From a bacterium (lineage in GTDB: Bacteria; Patescibacteriota; Dojkabacteria; B142; OLB20), in contig JAJTYI010000009.1 of the NCBI GenBank assembly GCA_021463645.1, positions 29,343-93,342 of the forward strand: a stretch of 64,000 bases of DNA, read 5' to 3'. Within the stretch, counting starts at the first letter, position 1. Every line of letters begins with the position of its first letter. The translations under genes were made by a program, and so were the position numbers. The notes below the pieces were generated by a model. The model saw only the letters and a list, made by a program, of their open reading frames with translations, was not told where the DNA came from and did no database searches. Positions 18,354-26,890 of this stretch are shown here, one piece after another.

Positions 18354-19153
18354 TTACTTGCTTTTTCTAGTTTAAATATTGATTTCCCTTTGTTTAGAAC
18401 ATCATTAATCAATTCTTTCGTTTCATCCTGCAAATAAATTCCAGCTAAATTTCCATCTTTAATATAGAAAGTCCTATCTGCGTATGATAAATACTGTAAA
18501 TCATGCGTTACCACAATCACAGTTCTCCCAATTATGTTCAATTCTTTAAGACCTTCAACTAATCTCTTGCTCGAATCTATATCAAGATTACCTGTAGGCT
18601 CGTCAGCGATTAGTATCTCAGGCTCTGTAATTAAAGCACGTATCAATGATATCTTTTGTTGTTGACCTGATGATAACTCGGTTGGCTTGTATTTAGCCCA
18701 CTTATCCATAGCATAACTCTTTAACTTTTCTTCGGCAATTTTCATAGCTTCTCTATGAGGTGTACCCAATAAATTCAAAGGCAAGGCAACATTATGAGCT
18801 ACATTCATTGCTTTTACCCAAATTGGTTGTTGATACATAATTCCAATTTTTTCCAATCTTGTCATTGACCTTTCGTCCTCGTTTTCTGCATAAAGATCCT
18901 TGTTAAATAGTTCAACTCTTCCTTTGGTGGGGTTTTCTAGTCCAATCATTGAATGGAGAAGGGTAGATTTACCTGAGCCAGATGGTCCAAATATGATGAT
19001 AAATTCACCTCTTTTAATTTCCAAATCTATTCCATGCAGAACTCGGGTTTCACCAACACCAGTATAGAAGTATTTATGCAATCCATACGTTGCAATAATA
19101 TTCTCCTCTTTTTTCCTAGGTGTTTTAGGTATAGAAACAGAAATTGCCATCAA
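18350..19153 (-). CDS. ABC transporter ATP-binding protein (MacB/LolD-like)
   Basis: 267 aa. Walker A 'GPSGSGKST', signature 'LSSGQQQKISL', Walker B 'ILIADEPTGNLD'. Overlaps the permease gene by 4 nt. Confidence 0.9.
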   Translation of the reverse strand: MMAISVSIPKTPRKKEENIIATYGLHKYFYTGVGETRVLHGIDLEIKRGEFIIIFGPSGSGKSTLLHSMIGLENPTKGRVELFNKDLYAENEDERSMTRLEKIGIMYQQPIWVKAMNVAHNVALPLNLLGTPHREAMKIAEEKLKSYAMDKWAKYKPTELSSGQQQKISLIRALITEPEILIADEPTGNLDIDSSKRLVEGLKELNIIGRTVIVVTHDLQYLSYADRTFYIKDGNLAGIYLQDETKELINDVLNKGKSIFKLEKASK

Positions 19154-19283
19154 ACAATATTTAATATTTCTATTATGAACTTAAATGAGTTTTTTATCAA
19201 AATTCTATTTCACTCTCTCTTTTACATAAATCTATACTAACTTTCCCCATTTCGCTATATAATCAATTCTGTTTTACTCAATA

Positions 19284-20543
19284 ATGGTAAATCAAAAATC
19301 TATAACAGCTGTAAACTCAAGTATAGTAGGAGAAGGATTTCGGAAACCACTCTATGATTCGTATTGTTTTGGAAATATTCCAGCAACAGTTGAAAAAATC
19401 CTTACCGGGAAGAGCAATCAAATAATATTACCTTCGGACACGCTTCCAAAAGAGCTATCAAAATATAGAAATGTGGTGGTAATTTTAGTAGATGCTATGG
19501 GATGGAACTTGATTGAAGAAAAGATAAACACTCATCCAACCCTCAAACATATAAATGAAAATGGAATAATTTCCAAACTGACTGCAATATTTCCATCTAC
19601 AACCGCAAATTGTGTTACCTGTATGAATACTGGTTTAACCTCACTGGATACTGGTGTGATAGGTTGGAGTTATTTTGTTCCAGAACTTGACGGACTAGTT
19701 CGCCCGCTTCCATACATCTACATAGAACCCTATCAATACAAAGGGATGTTGAATCCTGAGGATTTCGATTATATTTTAAACAAAGGAAATTTTTATGATA
19801 GGCTTCACGATTCAGGTATTGAATCTCATCTTGTAATTTTAAACACTTACGCGGAAAGTAAGTACAATAAAAAGATATCTAATATAAGAAATATATTTGG
19901 ATTTAAAAAACTGAATGATGGATTACAATATGTGAAAGATAAAATGAAAAAATCAAAAAATAAAAACTATTTCTATGTTTACTTTGATGACATAGATAAA
20001 AATTCACACGTTTTTGGTCCACACTCTGAAGAAATTGCTAATTTAACCGAAAAAACTTTGAATGAAATTTACGAGAATCTAGTGAAAGATAAATCGGAGG
20101 ACACTTTGATAATGATTACAGCCGATCACGGTCATACTCAGTTTGATATGACAAAAACGATAATGCTAAACAAGGAAATCCCAGAACTCGAAGATTGGGT
20201 CAGAACAAATTCAGACGGAGTTAAACTAATAAGTGATGGCTCAATACGACACTATTATTTGTATTTAAAAGATGAATTTATTAATTCAGCCAGGGAACGA
20301 ATTACTGAATTACTAGGAAATCATGCCTTAGTTCTCAACAAACAAGAAGCGATAGATAGTGGTTATTATGGGAATACTAAACCCAGCCAAAAGTTCATAG
20401 AGCATATTGGTGATTTAATGATAATAACCGATCCTGATAGAACTGTATTCTGGGAACACCCGTTGCTACCTCAGCACAAAAATAAAGGGACTCATGGAGG
20501 GATGAGTCCAGACGAAATGGAAATACCTTTACTTGTTATTTAA
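19284..20543 (+). CDS. Alkaline-phosphatase-superfamily enzyme (type I phosphodiesterase / nucleotide pyrophosphatase-like)
   Basis: 419 aa. 'VVVILVDAMGWN', 'FPSTTANC' (nucleophile Thr region), 'DKNSHVFGPHS', 'TADHGHT'. Confidence 0.7.
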   Translation: MVNQKSITAVNSSIVGEGFRKPLYDSYCFGNIPATVEKILTGKSNQIILPSDTLPKELSKYRNVVVILVDAMGWNLIEEKINTHPTLKHINENGIISKLTAIFPSTTANCVTCMNTGLTSLDTGVIGWSYFVPELDGLVRPLPYIYIEPYQYKGMLNPEDFDYILNKGNFYDRLHDSGIESHLVILNTYAESKYNKKISNIRNIFGFKKLNDGLQYVKDKMKKSKNKNYFYVYFDDIDKNSHVFGPHSEEIANLTEKTLNEIYENLVKDKSEDTLIMITADHGHTQFDMTKTIMLNKEIPELEDWVRTNSDGVKLISDGSIRHYYLYLKDEFINSARERITELLGNHALVLNKQEAIDSGYYGNTKPSQKFIEHIGDLMIITDPDRTVFWEHPLLPQHKNKGTHGGMSPDEMEIPLLVI

Positions 20544-20548
20544 TAAGT

Positions 20549-21052
20549 ATGCGAAAAGATAGAACCAAATATTTCGTTTTACCCCGAGTTGTTGTCTTTG
20601 TTTATCATCGAGATAAACTTTTATTAATCGAAAAATCGATAGAAGACGAAGAGGGAAATAGCACACCTATATTTTATCCAATAGGAGGGCACGTAGAGCC
20701 TGGAGAGGATATAAAGAATGCATGTATTAGAGAAGTATATGAAGAAACTGGAATTGATAATTCAAGCCCTAAATTGAAGGCATTAATTTACAATACTGGC
20801 TTTGACAATTATCAAATAATTCTTTTCATTTTCAGACTTTATGTAAATGACGACTTTTCAAAAGAATCAAAAGAAGGGAGATTGAAATGGATTGAACTGA
20901 GCAAGCTAAGCAAAACAAATGTATTCAAAGATGTAGAAATCTTTCATAATTCAATGGAGAAAAGCGAGGAAAACGAAATTTTATTCGGTACGTCAGTTTT
21001 TAAGGATTTCAATCTAATGGAGGTCGTAATTAATCAGAAGAAGCTGTTTTAA
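20549..21052 (+). CDS. NUDIX hydrolase
   Basis: 167 aa with a Nudix box 'GGHVEPGEDIKNACIREVYEETGI'. Confidence 0.8.
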   Translation: MRKDRTKYFVLPRVVVFVYHRDKLLLIEKSIEDEEGNSTPIFYPIGGHVEPGEDIKNACIREVYEETGIDNSSPKLKALIYNTGFDNYQIILFIFRLYVNDDFSKESKEGRLKWIELSKLSKTNVFKDVEIFHNSMEKSEENEILFGTSVFKDFNLMEVVINQKKLF

Positions 21053-21461
21053 GCTTCGAGTTATCAAAATTAAACTCTTTCCCTGTTAATTTCGATAAAA
21101 TTGCAATTAATGAATGCTCTTGGCCATCAGAAGATTTAATTGCTAAGTAATCTCCCCAATCAGCTTCATCGTCAGCAGTGTAGGCGATAATTTTTGTATT
21201 TGGACTAATTTGCCGTAGTTTTTCAGCTAAATTTCTACCATCCTGACTTCCTTTTCCGAGATAACTTGATATCAAAGCAATGTCAGGATAGTTTTTCTCA
21301 CGACTCATTATCATTAAATACTTTTCGGCATCAGCGTTATTTCGGAAATATTTACCACTATCAATTCCCAGATTGAAACATATCAAATCCACTACTGTTG
21401 CGTAGTTTTCATCGAAATCGAACTGTACAAGAACCTGATCTTTTTTCATATTAAAAAACAA
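21030..21461 (-). CDS. Single-domain receiver-like (pseudo-REC) protein
   Basis: 143 aa in a CheY-like pattern: 'VLVQFDFDEN' (acidic pair), 'PDIALISSYLG' (Ser where the phospho-acceptor Asp is expected), 'KIIAYTADDE' (Thr), 'LAIKSS' (Lys). Overlaps the helicase gene by 11 nt. Confidence 0.5.
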   Translation of the reverse strand: MFFNMKKDQVLVQFDFDENYATVVDLICFNLGIDSGKYFRNNADAEKYLMIMSREKNYPDIALISSYLGKGSQDGRNLAEKLRQISPNTKIIAYTADDEADWGDYLAIKSSDGQEHSLIAILSKLTGKEFNFDNSKLKTASSD

Positions 21462-24400
21462 AGTTTATATTATGGAGCTCCTGATTATAACAATTTTTAG
21501 TATTTTTCCTAGAGAATTCCAAATTCATAATCGAATCATAGACATTCTTGATTTCTAATTTCAACCATTCGATATCTTCATCTGGTAGATCAAACACCTT
21601 GTCATCTTGCGATTTGTTAGTACTATCAAGATCAACGTAAACAATTTTTCCAGAATTCACCTTCCAATTATATTTAGGGAAGTTTTGTATAAGCAATTTA
21701 TAAAACAATAACTGCACATAATAGTCGCCACGGTTTTTAACACTAATATTATCGGAACCTGCTCTCCCAGTTTTGTAATCAATCACATCAACTACACCTC
21801 CAAGTTCATCAACAAAGTCGATTCTATCAATCATACCTTTCACAGGTACATCTCCCACCCTGATTTTGTAAGTTCCGAAATTCATTTCTGGAAGAGATGT
21901 TTCTTTAATTTTTATTAATTCGTTCTCATAAAACTCTTCTAAGTTTTTAATTCCCAAGGTGAATAAATCCTCAATATCTCCTTCGGTAAGAAATTGTTTA
22001 TGGAGAGAAGCTTTAAAATCATCCCTCAAAAACTCCAAGGTAGGAATATTCTTTGTTCTTTTGTATTTGCTAAGATAATTTTTCAATGTGTTATGAACCG
22101 CATTACCATAAGCTAGATTCGTACTCATTGCTTCAGGGAGTCGAAGGATTGTGTTAATAAAGAAGCAATGTGGGCATTTTCTGTAACTATTAAATGATGT
22201 TGGACTTAAAACAAAATTATCCAAGAAGACTTTTAGGTAATCTGCACCCTTAGAGGTAAATGGTTTCTCAGAAGTACTTAAATTAAATAAAATCATTTTT
22301 TTATGTATCTCTTCGTCAATTTTTACTTCAACTTTTTCAATCAGTTCTTCATTAATAGAACTTGTAAACATACTTGGACGATTTTCTTTGCCAGATTCGG
22401 AATAATTAGGATAGGAAAGATAGATATTTTCTTTTGCCCGAGTAAGTGCTACAAAAAATACTCTAATTTTCTCATCCAAATCATTTGTCGAATAATCCTC
22501 TTTGTTAATACTTCGAGGTAATTTAATCTTTTCTGCACCACGTTTTTTCTCCCATTCCCCCTCGGTTAATGTGGGAATGAATACATGCTTAAATTCTAAA
22601 CCTTTTGCCTTATAAACAGTCAACACGCTAACTCTTGAGTCATCAATCAAGTTTTTCTCAGACATCAATTCGATATTGTATTCTCTTGCTATCCGAATAT
22701 TTTCTAGATAATTTTTAATATTAAAATTCTTGTCCAATCTTATGTGATTCTTTAGGAATGTGTAGAGATTATTAAATTTTACTAATTCCTGGTAGTTTTC
22801 AGTTTTATCCAAAAGGTATTTCAGTACACCCGTTTCTTCTAGTAGTATCGGGATTAATTGTGCAGGATGAAGATTCTGGTATTTATTTTGGAAATCTGAC
22901 AACAAGTTTCCAAAAAACATAAATTTCTTTCTATCATGGACCCCAGCTTCAGTTAGCTCATATTCACTCAAAATACACTTAACGTAATCTTTTTTGTTTT
23001 GCGAACAATGTCTGAAAAGTTTATACAAGTCTAAATTATCAAATCCCCAATAAGGCATATATAAGATTCTCGCTAGTATTTGGTCGTTCATAGGATTGTC
23101 AACGTATTCCAGTATCAAAAGAAAGTTATTAATGTGTTCTGAATTGAGAAGGTTTCCAGTTTTTGAAACAGAGTGGGGGATTTTATGTCTAGTTAGTGTT
23201 TCTGCATACAAATCCATCTGACGATTTGTGCTCATAATGACAGCGATGTCACTTGGATCATTTTCTTTGAGTAGTTCTTTGATGGATTTTGCTATGTATT
23301 CTGCTTCAACTTCAAAACTTGGGTAAACTTTAAGTTCTATCTTATTTTCTGGTAGTTTAGACATGGGCACCAAGTCTTTATTTACTCCTTCGAACTCATC
23401 TTCAAGTCGATTTTCTGATTGTGTAATAATATCTCTGGAAGCTTTAAGCACCGTAGGTTGACTTCGATAGTTATTCCGTAATGTCACGATTTTTGCATTC
23501 ACAAATCGTTTGGTAAATTGAAGAATATTCTCTAGAGAAGCACCTTGGAATTTAAATATTGATTGATCATCATCACCAACCACAAAAAGATTTGGACTTT
23601 CAAAATACGAACTTAAAAGATATATCAATTCATTCTGAGCCGAATTTGTATCTTGATACTCATCAACCAAGATGTACTGAAACTGTTCCTGAAGAGATAC
23701 TAGAAGCTCCTCATCCTGAGTAAGCTTCTCCAAGACAAACATTATCATATCTTCATAATCATATTGATTCTTCTCACGTAGTGCATTTTGGTACTTCTCA
23801 AAAATCCCTAAAAGTGATTCGAGTTTTTCGAAATAATTTGCACTACTAAGTCGAGTATAAATTTTCTTGATACCAGCTTTTATTTGATTCCTATCTTCAA
23901 TTGTATATTCATCCAATATCTCAATGACTCCTTTTGTGTAAATACTATTCTTATCTGCTTTATCCAAAAGATTAATCCTCAATTTCTCAACATCTTCAGT
24001 TTTTATAGTGTTTGATCTTAGTTTTAAAAATTCTTCGTAGTATTCACTGGTTTTTTCAAAATATGTTTTCTCTTTATCTATAATTATTCTGAGGTCTTCA
24101 ACAGATATACCTTCTTTTTTTAATTTAGATATACTTTGAATAATGTCCTTTGCATAAAGACCTTCATTTTTTATGTTGCGTAGAGGATCATTTACAGATA
24201 ATTTAGACAAAATTTCTAAAATAATTTTAATCTTGTCTGTCTCGTCGATACTTTGGGAATTATCTGCGAGCTGTGGAAATTTCTCTAAATTGCTTTGCAT
24301 TACATACTCACAAAACGAATGGAAAGTGCTTATTTTGACTTTATATGCATCTGTACCGATGAAAGACGTCAATCTGGTAAGCATTTCAACCGCTCCGTTG

Positions 24401-24594
24401 TCGGTAAAGGTCAAACAGAGAATGTTTGATGGATTTACTTGAGTGATTTTGAGAATATTTGCGATCCGAAGTGCTAGAGTTTGTGTTTTGCCAGTTCCAG
24501 GACCAGCTATCACCATCACAGGTCCTTCAATCGTATCTACAGCCTCTTTTTGTTCATTATTTAATCTTGAGTACTCTTCGGTGAATTTATCCAA
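21451..24594 (-). CDS. UvrD/PcrA-family helicase fused to a C-terminal PD-(D/E)XK (RecB/AddA-like) nuclease
   Basis: 1047 aa. Walker A 'AGPGTGKTQTL', 'ILVDEYQDTN', 'NYRS'. C-terminal 'GMIDRIDFV', 'DVIDYKTG' and 'YYVQLLFY' are nuclease motifs. Confidence 0.85.
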   Translation of the reverse strand: MDKFTEEYSRLNNEQKEAVDTIEGPVMVIAGPGTGKTQTLALRIANILKITQVNPSNILCLTFTDNGAVEMLTRLTSFIGTDAYKVKISTFHSFCEYVMQSNLEKFPQLADNSQSIDETDKIKIILEILSKLSVNDPLRNIKNEGLYAKDIIQSISKLKKEGISVEDLRIIIDKEKTYFEKTSEYYEEFLKLRSNTIKTEDVEKLRINLLDKADKNSIYTKGVIEILDEYTIEDRNQIKAGIKKIYTRLSSANYFEKLESLLGIFEKYQNALREKNQYDYEDMIMFVLEKLTQDEELLVSLQEQFQYILVDEYQDTNSAQNELIYLLSSYFESPNLFVVGDDDQSIFKFQGASLENILQFTKRFVNAKIVTLRNNYRSQPTVLKASRDIITQSENRLEDEFEGVNKDLVPMSKLPENKIELKVYPSFEVEAEYIAKSIKELLKENDPSDIAVIMSTNRQMDLYAETLTRHKIPHSVSKTGNLLNSEHINNFLLILEYVDNPMNDQILARILYMPYWGFDNLDLYKLFRHCSQNKKDYVKCILSEYELTEAGVHDRKKFMFFGNLLSDFQNKYQNLHPAQLIPILLEETGVLKYLLDKTENYQELVKFNNLYTFLKNHIRLDKNFNIKNYLENIRIAREYNIELMSEKNLIDDSRVSVLTVYKAKGLEFKHVFIPTLTEGEWEKKRGAEKIKLPRSINKEDYSTNDLDEKIRVFFVALTRAKENIYLSYPNYSESGKENRPSMFTSSINEELIEKVEVKIDEEIHKKMILFNLSTSEKPFTSKGADYLKVFLDNFVLSPTSFNSYRKCPHCFFINTILRLPEAMSTNLAYGNAVHNTLKNYLSKYKRTKNIPTLEFLRDDFKASLHKQFLTEGDIEDLFTLGIKNLEEFYENELIKIKETSLPEMNFGTYKIRVGDVPVKGMIDRIDFVDELGGVVDVIDYKTGRAGSDNISVKNRGDYYVQLLFYKLLIQNFPKYNWKVNSGKIVYVDLDSTNKSQDDKVFDLPDEDIEWLKLEIKNVYDSIMNLEFSRKNTKNCYNQELHNINFVF

Positions 24595-24686
24595 GTTGAG
24601 AAATTTAATTGATTTAATTATAGCTTATTGCACAAGCATGCAGACACGATGGTTTTGTATATTGTCAGTTTACAAAATACACCTTT

Positions 24687-26804
24687 TTAATTAAGACCTA
24701 GATAATCAATAACACCTGTTTGATATTTGGCACTAAATGCTTTGTCAATTTTCTTCACAGGATCGGCTCCAAGGAAAGTTAGTAACTTGTCTAATTCAGC
24801 TTTTCTTCTAAATGGATCTTGAATTGATTTTAATTCTGCGATTTTAGGCTCTATTTCAAAGTATTTTAATTTATCCCATGCTGGTAGTTGCCAGAAGAGT
24901 AGGAAACCTCTATCGGGGAAATCAATTCCAATAATTTTGTAACAGTATTTCAAAACTGCTTTCTCTAATCTTTCTCTCATTTCTTCTGCCATGGTCTTTA
25001 ATTCCTGAAGCGATTTATCAGGGTTTGCTTTTACTCCGATTTCGAAATAAGTTTTCAATTTAGGTTCAGTTCCAGAAGGTCTAACTATTGCCTGAAGTTG
25101 ATGGTAATTATCATCGGTTTTGAAATTTATGATTAATACATTCCTGGATTCTTTATCAGTTTGAGAAACAAAAGGTTCACCATCCCATTTATCGGTAAAT
25201 TTCTCTACCTCGAATTCCCCGATTTTGATAGGTCTTTCCTCTCTTAAATTGGTCTGGATTTTAGCAATTGAGGACATTCCCTCTGCTCCAGGAAGTCTAA
25301 TCTCTGTGAGGTAGTTTAAGAAATATCCATTTTCTTCATAAATTTGATCCAAATATTGAGCCAAAGTTTTACCTTCACCTTTTAATTTCGAAGCTAATTC
25401 TGAAAGTAGAATCCCAGCTACCAAAGCATCTTTTTCTCGGATATAATTACCTGCTATATATCCGTGACTTTCTTCTACACCAAGTAGAAAATCAGAAATT
25501 TTACCTGAGACCTGCAAACTATCCATAATTTCTCCTATATACTTAAACCCGACTAGCAAGTCATCTGTGATTTCTACGCCATATTTTTCAGCTAATACAG
25601 TAATCAAGTTAGTTGTCACTACTGTTTTTAAGATAATATTGGTTGGCTTTAATTTATTATTTGCTTTAAGTTCCGAAAGTAGATAATCGGTAATTAATAC
25701 CCCTATTTCATTTCCATTATAAAATTTCCAGTTATCTTTTTCTTTGGACATTATCCCAATTCGATCTGCGTCAGGGTCCGAAGCTAATATAATATCGGAT
25801 TCACTTCCATCGGCAGAAGGAATTAAATTTAGGAAAGATTCTTGTACTTCGGGGTTCGGAATATTGAAGGTGATACTAGAGAATCTAGGATCTGGTTCAC
25901 TTGAGATATTATCAGATGTAACATGGAATCCTAATTCACGAAAAACTTGAGGGATGATTTTGTATGCTGTCCCGTGAAATGGACTGTAAAATATTTTAAT
26001 GCCTCTATATTTGTGATTCAGAGAAATCTCTTTAACCGCGTCCAAATACTTACGATGATCTTTTTCAGAGACGTATACCACAAGTCTTTTATCAATAGCC
26101 TCTTGGAAATCCATCGATTTGATTTCTTTTACCTCATTAACAACAGTGTCCACTAATTCTTGATCATAAGGAGGAATAAGTTGGCCACCAGTGTCATTAA
26201 AGACTTTCTGTCCATTATGCTCTGGTGGATTATGACTAGCACTTATCATATTTCCTGATACTGCATTTAAATTTCTAACCATAAACGAGAGTTCAGGAGT
26301 AGGAGTATAGTCACTAAATAGAAAAACTTTTATTCCATTTGCGCTATATACTTCAGACGCTTTCTTGGCAAGATCTTTGCAACTTAATCCTTTTACTGGG
26401 TTTGGCCTCTTGTCATCATATTCTCCTTCCTTTAGATAAGCTCTAACATCGTATGAAATTACAATTCCTCTTTCTTTTGCTTCTTCTCCGAATTGTTTTA
26501 ATAAATATTGACTATGTCCTTGCGCTGAAGCCTGGATTGTCCAAACATTTATTCTATTTGGTCCAACTCCAACAGGACCACGTCTGCCTCCAGTTCCAAA
26601 TGGAATAATTTGATAGAATGCATCAAGCAGTAAATCCCACTTTTCAGATTCAATTAAGTAGTCAATTTGTGGTTGATAATCAATAAAATCCCCATCGGTC
26701 AACCAATGTTCAATATGTTTCAATGCGCTGTCTTTGTATTTTTGTTCTACATTTAAATTTGAGAAACCTTTTATAACTAAATTTAGTTTTTCTTCAATTG
26801 TCAT
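24687..26804 (-). CDS. Phosphoglucomutase / phospho-sugar mutase (PgcA-like), long form
   Basis: 705 aa. 'FGTGGRRG', active-site 'SASHNPPEHNG', 'ASDPDADR'. About 100 extra C-terminal residues. Confidence 0.85.
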   Translation of the reverse strand: MTIEEKLNLVIKGFSNLNVEQKYKDSALKHIEHWLTDGDFIDYQPQIDYLIESEKWDLLLDAFYQIIPFGTGGRRGPVGVGPNRINVWTIQASAQGHSQYLLKQFGEEAKERGIVISYDVRAYLKEGEYDDKRPNPVKGLSCKDLAKKASEVYSANGIKVFLFSDYTPTPELSFMVRNLNAVSGNMISASHNPPEHNGQKVFNDTGGQLIPPYDQELVDTVVNEVKEIKSMDFQEAIDKRLVVYVSEKDHRKYLDAVKEISLNHKYRGIKIFYSPFHGTAYKIIPQVFRELGFHVTSDNISSEPDPRFSSITFNIPNPEVQESFLNLIPSADGSESDIILASDPDADRIGIMSKEKDNWKFYNGNEIGVLITDYLLSELKANNKLKPTNIILKTVVTTNLITVLAEKYGVEITDDLLVGFKYIGEIMDSLQVSGKISDFLLGVEESHGYIAGNYIREKDALVAGILLSELASKLKGEGKTLAQYLDQIYEENGYFLNYLTEIRLPGAEGMSSIAKIQTNLREERPIKIGEFEVEKFTDKWDGEPFVSQTDKESRNVLIINFKTDDNYHQLQAIVRPSGTEPKLKTYFEIGVKANPDKSLQELKTMAEEMRERLEKAVLKYCYKIIGIDFPDRGFLLFWQLPAWDKLKYFEIEPKIAELKSIQDPFRRKAELDKLLTFLGADPVKKIDKAFSAKYQTGVIDYLGLN

Positions 26805-26890
26805 GGAGTATAATTAATAACTAAAGAGAGAGAAGTACTTTTTATTAAAAGTTACCCTAGATTATAATAGAATCTAGTCATATTACAAGT

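Noticed and set aside
19284-20543. AlkP-superfamily protein as PglZ, which would suggest a BREX defence system
   Set aside because: Its motifs fit the generic phosphodiesterase/nucleotide pyrophosphatase type. No other BREX components (methyltransferase, BrxC, BrxL and so on) are nearby.
21451-24594. Helicase-nuclease as an anti-phage system (Gabija GajB-like or Nhi-like)
   Set aside because: There is no GajA-type partner, and housekeeping genes flank it. The architecture matches a RecB/AddA-like repair enzyme equally well. Defence cannot be excluded but is unsupported.
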